The position numbers and the translations under genes are program-made. 37,523 nucleotides of DNA from a virus, in the IMG/VR virus record IMGVR_UViG_3300006000_000001, positions 1 through 37,523 of that record. The stretch is one strand, 5' to 3'. Positions within the stretch are counted from its first letter, which is position 1. Each line of letters starts with the position of its first letter. Below the pieces are notes generated by a model. That model was not told where the DNA came from. It saw only the letters and a program-made list of their open reading frames with translations, and did no database searches. Below are positions 30,970 through 37,060 of the stretch, piece after piece.

Positions 30970-31390
30970 CGTTAGGTCCTCTATGAAGAGTTGCCTTGGT
31001 CTTGCCGCCCTCGCCATCCTCGATGCTTAGGCGTACTTCGTGGACTAGCTTTTCCTGGTCGAGAGGCAAGCTCTCAATCGGCTTGGCGTGCCCGAAATTC
31101 GCCAGCGCAAACTGCGACATATTGTAGCTCCATGTCTTGCTCAAGGCATGGTCCCACAAAAGTGCTTCCTGGCGGGCCAGCATCGCATCATAAAATTCCC
31201 GAAACTCCTTTTCAAGCTCGTTGTTATCGCCGTCAGCCCAATTATGTATTGTCTTCTTAGCCACGCCTAGATAGTCAGCCAGAGCGGCGGCAGTCGGTAG
31301 ACCCTTATAGTGCTCACCCGAGAGCCATGTCCAGCACTTTCCCATAATCTCTGGATTTAGCTTGTATGCCCCCTTGCGCCGATCGTGCAT
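30938..31390 (-). CDS. terS: terminase small subunit (HTH-containing, 150 aa)
   Basis: The HTH is LPTAAALADYLGVAKKTIHNWADGDN. This is the first gene of the late operon. I set the start at ATG 31390 (GGAGGT upstream), because the track extension to 31471 covers the promoter. Confidence 0.65.
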   Translation of the reverse strand: MHDRRKGAYKLNPEIMGKCWTWLSGEHYKGLPTAAALADYLGVAKKTIHNWADGDNNELEKEFREFYDAMLARQEALLWDHALSKTWSYNMSQFALANFGHAKPIESLPLDQEKLVHEVRLSIEDGEGGKTKATLHRGPNDDINIQGVEG

Positions 31391-31407
31391 ATCTACCTCC
31401 AAAACTC

Positions 31408-31436
31408 TTGAGAGTATACCTTGCTTCAAGTACAAT
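31408..31436 (+). promoter_or_regulatory. sigma70-like promoter for the plus-strand orphan gene, fully overlapping the late promoter
   Basis: On the plus strand: TTGAGA (31408..31413), 17 nt spacer, TACAAT (31431..31436). Its -35 overlaps the -10 of the minus-strand promoter, and its -10 overlaps that promoter's -35. Confidence 0.6.
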
Positions 31437-31441
31437 GTAAA
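31413..31441 (-). promoter_or_regulatory. sigma70-like late-operon promoter
   Basis: On the minus strand: TTTACA (31441..31436), 17 nt spacer, TATACT (31418..31413). GGAGGT and ATG 31390 follow. Confidence 0.65.
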
Positions 31442-31469
31442 TTCAGCCCATAAAAAGTGAGAACATTCC

Positions 31470-31844
31470 ATGAACGAAACAAAACATTATGTTCACGAAA
31501 CCTGCCTTGAAGATGCACCGTGCTTTGAGTGCATGCGGGAAATTCCCAATGATATGTGGTTCTCCGTGCAAAACCCTTTTATTTCCCTTGAGCAAGGGAA
31601 ATACAAAAACATCAATGGGCTATACTACTCTTATATCGGAGAGTTTACAACCCTCAAAGAGGCAACAAAAGCGTTAGGTGGAATCGAGCGCCCTACCAAG
31701 CCTAACAAAGTCGCTAAAGAAGTTAGGCTGACTCGCAACTCCGTACAATGGCAACCAGAGCCGTACAGGTGGGAACCCCCGAACAGAGAATTTCACCCAG
31801 ACACTGCCTACCATTTTGACATACCCGAACTCCCTATCACTTAG
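31470..31844 (+). CDS. orphan plus-strand protein (124 aa), Cys-x6-C-x2-C near the N-terminus
   Basis: This is the only plus-strand ORF outside 3547..8672. It has its own promoter, and its 3' end overlaps the convergent lipoprotein gene by 8 nt. No family recognised. Confidence 0.6.
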   Translation: MNETKHYVHETCLEDAPCFECMREIPNDMWFSVQNPFISLEQGKYKNINGLYYSYIGEFTTLKEATKALGGIERPTKPNKVAKEVRLTRNSVQWQPEPYRWEPPNREFHPDTAYHFDIPELPIT

Positions 31845-32100
31845 TCCAAAACTCCTCGCCATACCGCCCGCTGTCTGGATACGGATTCGGGCGGTTTCTT
31901 AAGCCCTCATAATAATCTATCACACTGCGGCTAAAAGCGTCAAACTCTTGCATTTTCACCTGCGGGCTGGATCGGTCATAAACCGGGGCTGGATTCCTGG
32001 CACGGAAAGACCCCTTCTCATGCTCATGTGGCCTGAAAGGATTATAGGCACACCCAGAGATAACGGTCGCCACCAGGGTTACAATCAGCACATTACGCAT
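31837..32100 (-). CDS. lipoprotein (87 aa): o-spanin-like or superinfection-exclusion candidate
   Basis: The signal peptide MRNVLIVTLVATVISGC carries the lipobox ISGC. The mature part is Pro-rich and has no TM segment. Confidence 0.6.
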   Translation of the reverse strand: MRNVLIVTLVATVISGCAYNPFRPHEHEKGSFRARNPAPVYDRSSPQVKMQEFDAFSRSVIDYYEGLRNRPNPYPDSGRYGEEFWTK

Positions 32101-32101
32101 A

Positions 32102-32353
32102 TTAGCCTACCTTTTTGTCTTCTTTGTCTTCGGATACGTTGATTAGGTCGCGCAATCGATCCCTGCCTGAACTGATGATGAGTGATGCCACCTTGATCGA
32201 GTGTGCCACGTTTAGCCCATCCTGGTCTATTTCCTTCTGCCGGACACTCTCATACAAGCATCGCTCTGCAATCCTATCTAGGTAGGCGATGCCGTCATCG
32301 ATATGGACATCAATCACTCCTATCAGGCGAGCTTTAGTCTTTACGTCAATCAT
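32102..32353 (-). CDS. hypothetical protein (83 aa), member of the dispersed RDRxxxLI family
   Basis: I use ATG 32353 (track GTG 32356). VAHSIKVASLIISSGRDRLRDLI aligns with LAHRANVASAVLRMTRDRAQELI (35200..35460) and YYRARVASVSLRLARDRMQDLI (35462..35692). Confidence 0.55.
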   Translation of the reverse strand: MIDVKTKARLIGVIDVHIDDGIAYLDRIAERCLYESVRQKEIDQDGLNVAHSIKVASLIISSGRDRLRDLINVSEDKEDKKVG

Positions 32354-32355
32354 CA

Positions 32356-32616
32356 CTACCTATTCCAGTACGAGCCCAAAGTGCTGTGAGCAGGATCGAC
32401 AGGGGCTATTTTCGGCAACCGATCCGACAGCTTAGTTGTGATTAACTCACGCAACCCCGATCCAGAAATACGAGCCAAGGTTGAGAAATCATGTTCGTCG
32501 AGATTCTCATTTGCCAACTCGATAATTTCATCGGCAAGCTCAGCCAACTTGCTGTCGATAGCAGCATATGTTTTGGGTGTAATCATGCCCAGCTCACAAT
32601 GGCCGGTTGAGGACAT
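32356..32616 (-). CDS. hypothetical protein (86 aa)
   Basis: The start is uncertain (TTG 32622, ATG 32616 or ATG 32586). It may be a distant member of the same helical family. Confidence 0.45.
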   Translation of the reverse strand: MSSTGHCELGMITPKTYAAIDSKLAELADEIIELANENLDEHDFSTLARISGSGLRELITTKLSDRLPKIAPVDPAHSTLGSYWNR

Positions 32617-32665
32617 CCGCAAGGTACGCAGACAAACCGATAATAACAGATAATGCGGTCATAAG

Positions 32666-32893
32666 TCAACCCCTCGGCGAGTCTTTGTCATATCGCGCCC
32701 TATTGGAATCTGCCAGCCTATGCGCAAACATCACGACACCACGGATCAAATCAGTAAGGCTCTTACCTTCGGTAGCCTTGAGGGCCACAAAGAGCACCGC
32801 CCCTTCTACCAGGGCATCTGACATCTCGTATGTTGCTCCGATGATGAGTGCCGCGAACAGGCCGAGAATACAAAGTATTACAAGGTCTTGCAT
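32666..32893 (-). CDS. holin-like small membrane protein (75 aa, two hydrophobic helices, charged C-terminus)
   Basis: I use ATG 32893, with GGAGAAGG upstream. It has LVILCILGLFAALIIGATY and GAVLFVALKA, then a charged tail (RLADSNRARYDKDSPRG). Confidence 0.45.
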   Translation of the reverse strand: MQDLVILCILGLFAALIIGATYEMSDALVEGAVLFVALKATEGKSLTDLIRGVVMFAHRLADSNRARYDKDSPRG

Positions 32894-33066
32894 TCCCGCA
32901 CCTTCTCCTCGTCGATAGAACACTCGGTAAAGTACTGCCGGTCCCGGTGCTCGGCCTGCTTGCCTGCGTTGAAGGCGGAAACCGGCCGATGGTAACCCAT
33001 GACTCGCGTCCAGACCTCGCAGCGGGTGCGCTCGTCGTCTTCGAGCTTCGTATAAGCTGGGTACAT
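32878..33066 (-). CDS. stand-alone NrdD-type glycyl-radical domain protein (62 aa)
   Basis: TRVMGYHRPVSAFNAGKQAEHRDR matches the class III ribonucleotide reductase C-terminus as I recall it (R-V-x-G-Y ... F-N-A-G-K-Q-x-E, as in T4 and E. coli NrdD). The ORF contains only this domain. Confidence 0.6.
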   Translation of the reverse strand: MYPAYTKLEDDERTRCEVWTRVMGYHRPVSAFNAGKQAEHRDRQYFTECSIDEEKVRECKTL

Positions 33067-33554
33067 CAGCTACTCCACTTTATGTCATCCGATTCCCAAA
33101 TCCTGACCAATGCGCTGGAAACACCCCTCAACCGATGGGAAGCAAGGCCCGCCACTGGGTCGTTGGTCAAAGATACCAACTCACCGGCAATCACATCGAG
33201 ATCAGTAATCTTGGCACGCAGAATACCCCTGTAGTCTGGGGGAGGTCGATTATACAGATATTCGCACTCTTCCAGGGTTCCCTTTCCCTCAGACAGCAAC
33301 AAGTCCCTGTTCATGGGGGCACCACTACGAGATTTGTGGAGGCCAACGTCTACCCCATTATCCGAATATGCGGATATGCACCTAGAGACCAGCTCATCAA
33401 GCGAGTAGTCATGCGGATTAAGTTTGTGGGGGGCCGTCCCAAACACATCCTTGTATTTTGGGTTGGCGCGGATCGCGTCTCCGAGCCATCTCCCCGGATG
33501 CAGTTTCTCAAACTTGTGTTTTCTTGTTTCCCATAGGGAATCTGTTACGGACAT
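33066..33554 (-). CDS. hypothetical protein (162 aa)
   Basis: GGGAGG lies upstream, and the stop overlaps the NrdD-like start as TGATG. No family recognised. Confidence 0.65.
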   Translation of the reverse strand: MSVTDSLWETRKHKFEKLHPGRWLGDAIRANPKYKDVFGTAPHKLNPHDYSLDELVSRCISAYSDNGVDVGLHKSRSGAPMNRDLLLSEGKGTLEECEYLYNRPPPDYRGILRAKITDLDVIAGELVSLTNDPVAGLASHRLRGVSSALVRIWESDDIKWSS

Positions 33555-33591
33555 TGGGTAATAACCTCCCGTGAGGTTGGTATTTGGTTAA

Positions 33592-33606
33592 TCCCATCCC
33601 TGGGCA
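33592..33606 (-). repeat. degenerate copy of the early hairpin motif (minus-strand TGCCCAGGGATGGGA)
   Basis: It lies in the 149-nt non-coding gap upstream of 33554. The 3' arm is imperfect. Confidence 0.4.
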
Positions 33607-33703
33607 TGGGCGACCATGACGACCGGCAAAGCCGTACTCAAGCAAGGTGCGGAGAAACAGCCAATGCTCCCTGGTAATCTTGAGCTTGGACCAAAACATC
33701 AGG

Positions 33704-34006
33704 TTACTCTCGGCCCTCCACGAACCAAGCCTCATAAGCATCTAGGGCCGCCCTCGACAGGGCCTTTGGATCCGTCCGTCTACTCGAGTAGTGCGACACG
33801 AATTCAGAAATCGCATCTAACAATAACTCCTTAAAAACAGGAGAAGACATCCTGATGACTTTTTGCCTATCGCTCGGCTCCGGTTCAATCCCATAACGGA
33901 CCATGTGCAGGTCTGCTTCAGCGTCTCGCTTCCTCTCCCGGATCAGCTCAGCCGCTTTGGTGTAAGTCTCTGCGTAGGTTAGTTTCCGACGCCATAAACC
34001 CATCAT
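33704..34006 (-). CDS. hypothetical protein (100 aa)
   Basis: The ORF runs from ATG 34006. No family recognised. Confidence 0.6.
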   Translation of the reverse strand: MMGLWRRKLTYAETYTKAAELIRERKRDAEADLHMVRYGIEPEPSDRQKVIRMSSPVFKELLLDAISEFVSHYSSRRTDPKALSRAALDAYEAWFVEGRE

Positions 34007-34016
34007 GACTTATAAC

Positions 34017-34187
34017 TCATTCGGTAGTCGTATTCAAGGCGTCTCTGATAACCTTCTCAGAATTATCTATTTCGTCGTATTGATATTTATCCCCGATCCC
34101 TTCCGTCCAAAAAGGGACGCCAAATCTTGCGATACGTGCTAGTCCTTCTAATTCTTCTAACGCTTCTTTTGCCTTATCTCTAGTCAC
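34017..34187 (-). CDS. possible 56-aa ORF filling a 198-nt gap (below the track cutoff)
   Basis: It uses a GTG start, and the product is MTRDKAKEALEELEGLARIARFGVPFWTEGIGDKYQYDEIDNSEKVIRDALNTTTE. The SD is weak (AAGG). It ends 10 nt before the next start. Confidence 0.35.
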   Translation of the reverse strand: MTRDKAKEALEELEGLARIARFGVPFWTEGIGDKYQYDEIDNSEKVIRDALNTTTE

Positions 34188-34204
34188 GGCTTTTGCCTTA
34201 TAGG

Positions 34205-34438
34205 TTAGTCATCCACAAGATCGTCTGCAGACCAGTCTATGCAGCTTAGCCGCACATGACCCTCAGATCCTACAGGGTAGCACACTGTGCGTGATTTCGC
34301 ATCACCGATCCGGGCCTCGTCTTCCAGCGCCGCATCAATATCATGCAGGCTGGCGTTCATGCCGTCCATCGCCTCTTGTCTGAGGCCGTTGGTGGCGATC
34401 AAGATTTCACTTAATCTCTTTAGCCTCTCAAAACTCAT
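34205..34438 (-). CDS. hypothetical acidic protein (77 aa)
   Basis: I prefer ATG 34438, which forms an ATGA overlap with the upstream stop, over the track GTG 34447. Confidence 0.55.
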   Translation of the reverse strand: MSFERLKRLSEILIATNGLRQEAMDGMNASLHDIDAALEDEARIGDAKSRTVCYPVGSEGHVRLSCIDWSADDLVDD

Positions 34439-34626
34439 GTCAGCCACCCCGCCATCACGCCCACAATATAGTGGCCCGCCGAAAGCAGATCGCTAACCAG
34501 CGCACCCACCATAGTCATGACCATCACAGTCGGCACAGTGATCGCAAGGAGGACTGCCAGGGCAATGGCGACACCAACTTTCTTGTCGCGGCCCTCTTCA
34601 GGGCACAAATCAATGTTAATCATCAT
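34435..34626 (-). CDS. small membrane protein, two predicted TM helices (63 aa)
   Basis: It has VGVAIALAVLLAITVPTVMVMTMVGALV and a second hydrophobic stretch. I use ATG 34626 (track TTG 34629). Confidence 0.55.
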   Translation of the reverse strand: MMINIDLCPEEGRDKKVGVAIALAVLLAITVPTVMVMTMVGALVSDLLSAGHYIVGVMAGWLT

Positions 34627-34697
34627 CAACCCCCAGACATCGTGTAGATGAGCAGTATCAGATTAATCGTGCTCACGATAGCCACAAACTCGATCAT
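34626..34697 (-). CDS. possible 23-aa hydrophobic micro-ORF (MIEFVAIVSTINLILLIYTMSGG)
   Basis: The ATG lies 3 nt after the upstream stop, and the stop overlaps the next ATG as TGATG. It is translationally coupled on both sides and below the track cutoff. Confidence 0.35.
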   Translation of the reverse strand: MIEFVAIVSTINLILLIYTMSGG

Positions 34698-34700
34698 TTG

Positions 34701-34997
34701 TCAACCCCGGAATACGTCATGGTTACTCTCCACAAGGCTTATGGATGCGTCATCCTGGCTGGCGTATTTATGCATACGCCGCTCAAACCCTGCACGGACT
34801 AGACGACCTATCCCATCTTGTACTTCCTGTGGATATCTCTCTATCAGGACCACAAGCGCGTCTAGGATCGCATTGATTCCCCACATTGTGGGGTCATCAT
34901 CACCAACATGGTTGATGGTAACATTGGTCTTATGAGGGATTGGCTCAGTAGGGCTTGGCTTTGCACCCAATGCTTGGGCTACAAGTGATTTGATCAT
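34701..34997 (-). CDS. hypothetical protein (98 aa)
   Basis: There is an ATGA overlap with the upstream stop. No family recognised. Confidence 0.6.
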   Translation of the reverse strand: MIKSLVAQALGAKPSPTEPIPHKTNVTINHVGDDDPTMWGINAILDALVVLIERYPQEVQDGIGRLVRAGFERRMHKYASQDDASISLVESNHDVFRG

Positions 34998-35200
34998 TTA
35001 CGAGCCCTATATCGCTTTAGGATCGCGTCGGACCAGAACTGCAAGGCGGCGTCGTCTGCCTCCGGCGACAGCCGATCGTCAATCAAGTCCCTGGTGCAGG
35101 TGTGATCTAATGCTTGTGCCAGGGCTAGATCACGCATATTGGTTGCTCCGTCCCATAACGTCCGCGCTGCAGTCTCAAGCGCGTGCTTATCTGTGCACAT
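34994..35200 (-). CDS. hypothetical protein (68 aa)
   Basis: I use ATG 35200, which forms a TGATG overlap (track GTG 35203). Confidence 0.55.
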   Translation of the reverse strand: MCTDKHALETAARTLWDGATNMRDLALAQALDHTCTRDLIDDRLSPEADDAALQFWSDAILKRYRARK

Positions 35201-35460
35201 CACTTTACAGCTTCAGAAAGTTTGTAAAGTTCTCCCGCCTTGGGAGGTGTGGGGATAAGCTCTTGAGCACGATCTCTCGTCATACGCAGCACCGCAGATG
35301 CAACGTTTGCACGATGGGCCAGATCGCGGGCACCCCGCTCGGTCGCTCGATAGGCGATATCATCCATCATTTGGATGATATTATCAGTCTCCCCTCCGAG
35401 GAGCGTCTCAAGCTCTGCCACGCCAGCCTCAACAGCCACTGCCTCATTGAGGGTCTTCAT
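35200..35460 (-). CDS. hypothetical protein (86 aa), RDRxxxLIP family member
   Basis: It is a tandem paralogue of 35462..35692: DNIIQMMDDIAYRA...ANVASAVLRMTRDRAQELIP aligns with DSIIQAIDDMGRQA...ARVASVSLRLARDRMQDLIP. Confidence 0.6.
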   Translation of the reverse strand: MKTLNEAVAVEAGVAELETLLGGETDNIIQMMDDIAYRATERGARDLAHRANVASAVLRMTRDRAQELIPTPPKAGELYKLSEAVK

Positions 35461-35461
35461 T

Positions 35462-35692
35462 TTAGTCTCCGGTTACTAGATGACTAACGGGGATAAGGTC
35501 TTGCATCCTATCACGAGCCAAGCGCAACGACACCGATGCTACCCGAGCGCGGTAGTAGATATGCTTACAAATATACCCGCCTTTATGGGCCTGTCGCCCC
35601 ATATCATCAATAGCTTGGATGATGGAGTCGAGGTCCACGTCGACAATCTCCTTAAGATCATCCAGGTCTCTGTTAAGTATCTCTGTTTTCAT
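35462..35692 (-). CDS. hypothetical protein (76 aa), RDRxxxLIP family member
   Basis: There is an ATGA overlap with the upstream stop. The paralogy is as noted for 35200..35460. Confidence 0.6.
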   Translation of the reverse strand: MKTEILNRDLDDLKEIVDVDLDSIIQAIDDMGRQAHKGGYICKHIYYRARVASVSLRLARDRMQDLIPVSHLVTGD

Positions 35693-36297
35693 TCGCCGCC
35701 TCCGAGGATAGAGCGCATCTTGGCAAGCTCCCGATTAGCGACCTCCTTGGCTCGCCCGGACCGGACCGGATCGCTCTCCGCCGCCTGCACGTCGAGCTGA
35801 TCCTTGCGATAGCGCAAGTAGTCCAGGTCTCGGTAATGCTTGTCAAGCATCGGCTCGGCGATCGCCAGCAACTCGCTGGCGTGCGGCCAGTACTTACTCG
35901 TCCGCCGCCAGCCCTCGCAAGCAACCCGCAATATGGCCTCGGGGAGGTGCGCAACGTCGCGCGTCAGCTCAGCGAGCAGGACCTTGCTTTTGTCCTCGTC
36001 GTCATGCGGCATCACGCACGACACCCGCAACCGCCCTAAGATAACGCCGCATGCCTGGGGTGAGATCGGCAGCAGCTTGTCGGTGACATCGTTGATCGTC
36101 TGTTGGATTGATGCACTTTGCCTGATCAGCGAGTTGCTGCTCACGCTGGTCGGCAACCCATTTGATGGCCCGGTCCCAGGCATCGTTGTTTTGTTGCCGT
36201 CTTGTCCGAGGATACTCGGTGGGTTGCCCGGTGCTTTGGGCAGATAGCTGCTGATTTGCTGCGGCTTGGTCTGGGTTGATGGATCGTGGCTTATCAA
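35689..36297 (-). CDS. replication-module protein (helicase-loader/organiser-like C-terminal domain), true start unresolved
   Basis: The track ORF starts at TTG 36297 and overlaps the initiator gene by 296 nt. ATG options are 36183 and 36012. The C-terminal part (LAELTRDVAHLPEAILRVACEGWRRTSKYWPHASELL) looks like a genuine domain with GC-rich third positions. Confidence 0.5.
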   Translation of the reverse strand: MISHDPSTQTKPQQISSYLPKAPGNPPSILGQDGNKTTMPGTGPSNGLPTSVSSNSLIRQSASIQQTINDVTDKLLPISPQACGVILGRLRVSCVMPHDDEDKSKVLLAELTRDVAHLPEAILRVACEGWRRTSKYWPHASELLAIAEPMLDKHYRDLDYLRYRKDQLDVQAAESDPVRSGRAKEVANRELAKMRSILGGGE

Positions 36298-37060
36298 TGT
36301 AGGTCCCCTCGATGACCTTGGTCATGTTGTGCTCTTTTAGGAGCCAATCGATGTTTGGCCGCCAGCCCTTCGATCCCTGAAGGAAAGGCGACTTACGGAT
36401 ATTGTCGATCGCCGATTGCCATTGTTGCCGCCACTGCGGATCTTTATTGAGATTAGCAATGGCTTTTCGCCTAACGATTGTAACTTTGCAACACTTTGGC
36501 AGGTCAAACTCCTTGGCGATCGCATTCCACGCATCCACTATCCAGTATTCTGCGCTGGATGTCAACTCCTTTTTCTGGACGTAGCTAGTTTCCGTCGTGC
36601 CCTCCGTCTTTTGGGGCGGCGAGCTTGTGCTATTTTTTTTTTCTCCACCGTCGTTGCCATACAGGCCCTCCCAATCTGTGGACACCTCCGTGTATTCCTT
36701 TCCGGTTATTTTCTTTCTTCTCTCTCTCTCTGGAGAGAGTATTGATATATCTTCTTTCCTAGATAGAGAGAGAGATGTCAAAAAAATTCCAGAGAAGGAA
36801 TAATTATCGGATGCGGGAAATATAACTGTTCGGTTATTTTTTTTGTCCAAAGTAAGGACCCTGGCGGCGGCCAACTCGTCGAGCAGGACCTTGGCTTTGC
36901 GTCGCGTAACCCCCGCTAGGCTGCATAGTTGCTTGATCTCGATCCCCCCGTCCTCCCGGAGACTGGCGATATCGGAGGCTGCGTACGCGAGGGATGCCAA
37001 GATGCCTCTGGCCTCGAGTGAGCAGAGTAGCAAGGCTTTATGGTTGGTCCGATTTTGCAT
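36002..37060 (-). CDS. replication initiator / replisome organiser (N-terminal winged-HTH-like, C-terminal DnaD-like motif)
   Basis: I use ATG 37060, with AGGAGG 8 nt upstream (track TTG 37093). KSPFLQGSKGWRPNIDWLLKEHNMTKVIEGTY matches the conserved W..nfDWll....n..kilEG.Y tail of phage DnaD-like replication proteins as I recall it. Confidence 0.6.
   Translation of the reverse strand: MQNRTNHKALLLCSLEARGILASLAYAASDIASLREDGGIEIKQLCSLAGVTRRKAKVLLDELAAARVLTLDKKNNRTVIFPASDNYSFSGIFLTSLSLSRKEDISILSPERERRKKITGKEYTEVSTDWEGLYGNDGGEKKNSTSSPPQKTEGTTETSYVQKKELTSSAEYWIVDAWNAIAKEFDLPKCCKVTIVRRKAIANLNKDPQWRQQWQSAIDNIRKSPFLQGSKGWRPNIDWLLKEHNMTKVIEGTYIDKPRSINPDQAAANQQLSAQSTGQPTEYPRTRRQQNNDAWDRAIKWVADQREQQLADQAKCINPTDDQRCHRQAAADLTPGMRRYLRAVAGVVRDAA
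36633..36844. other. candidate origin of replication inside the initiator gene
   Basis: The region contains T10 (36633..36642) and T8 (36837..36844) runs. The 10-bp direct repeat CGGTTATTTT occurs at 36703..36712 and 36831..36840. A (CT)n run (36719..36731) faces a (GA)n run (36765..36775) as an inverted repeat. It is the most AT-rich stretch of the gene and encodes a low-complexity linker. Confidence 0.4.

Noticed and set aside
33508-33741. 77-aa minus-strand ORF bridging the 149-nt gap between 33704..34006 and 33066..33554
   Set aside because: It overlaps both well-supported neighbours out of frame, and its start lies inside the upstream gene. The gap more likely holds regulatory sequence, including a degenerate hairpin-motif copy.
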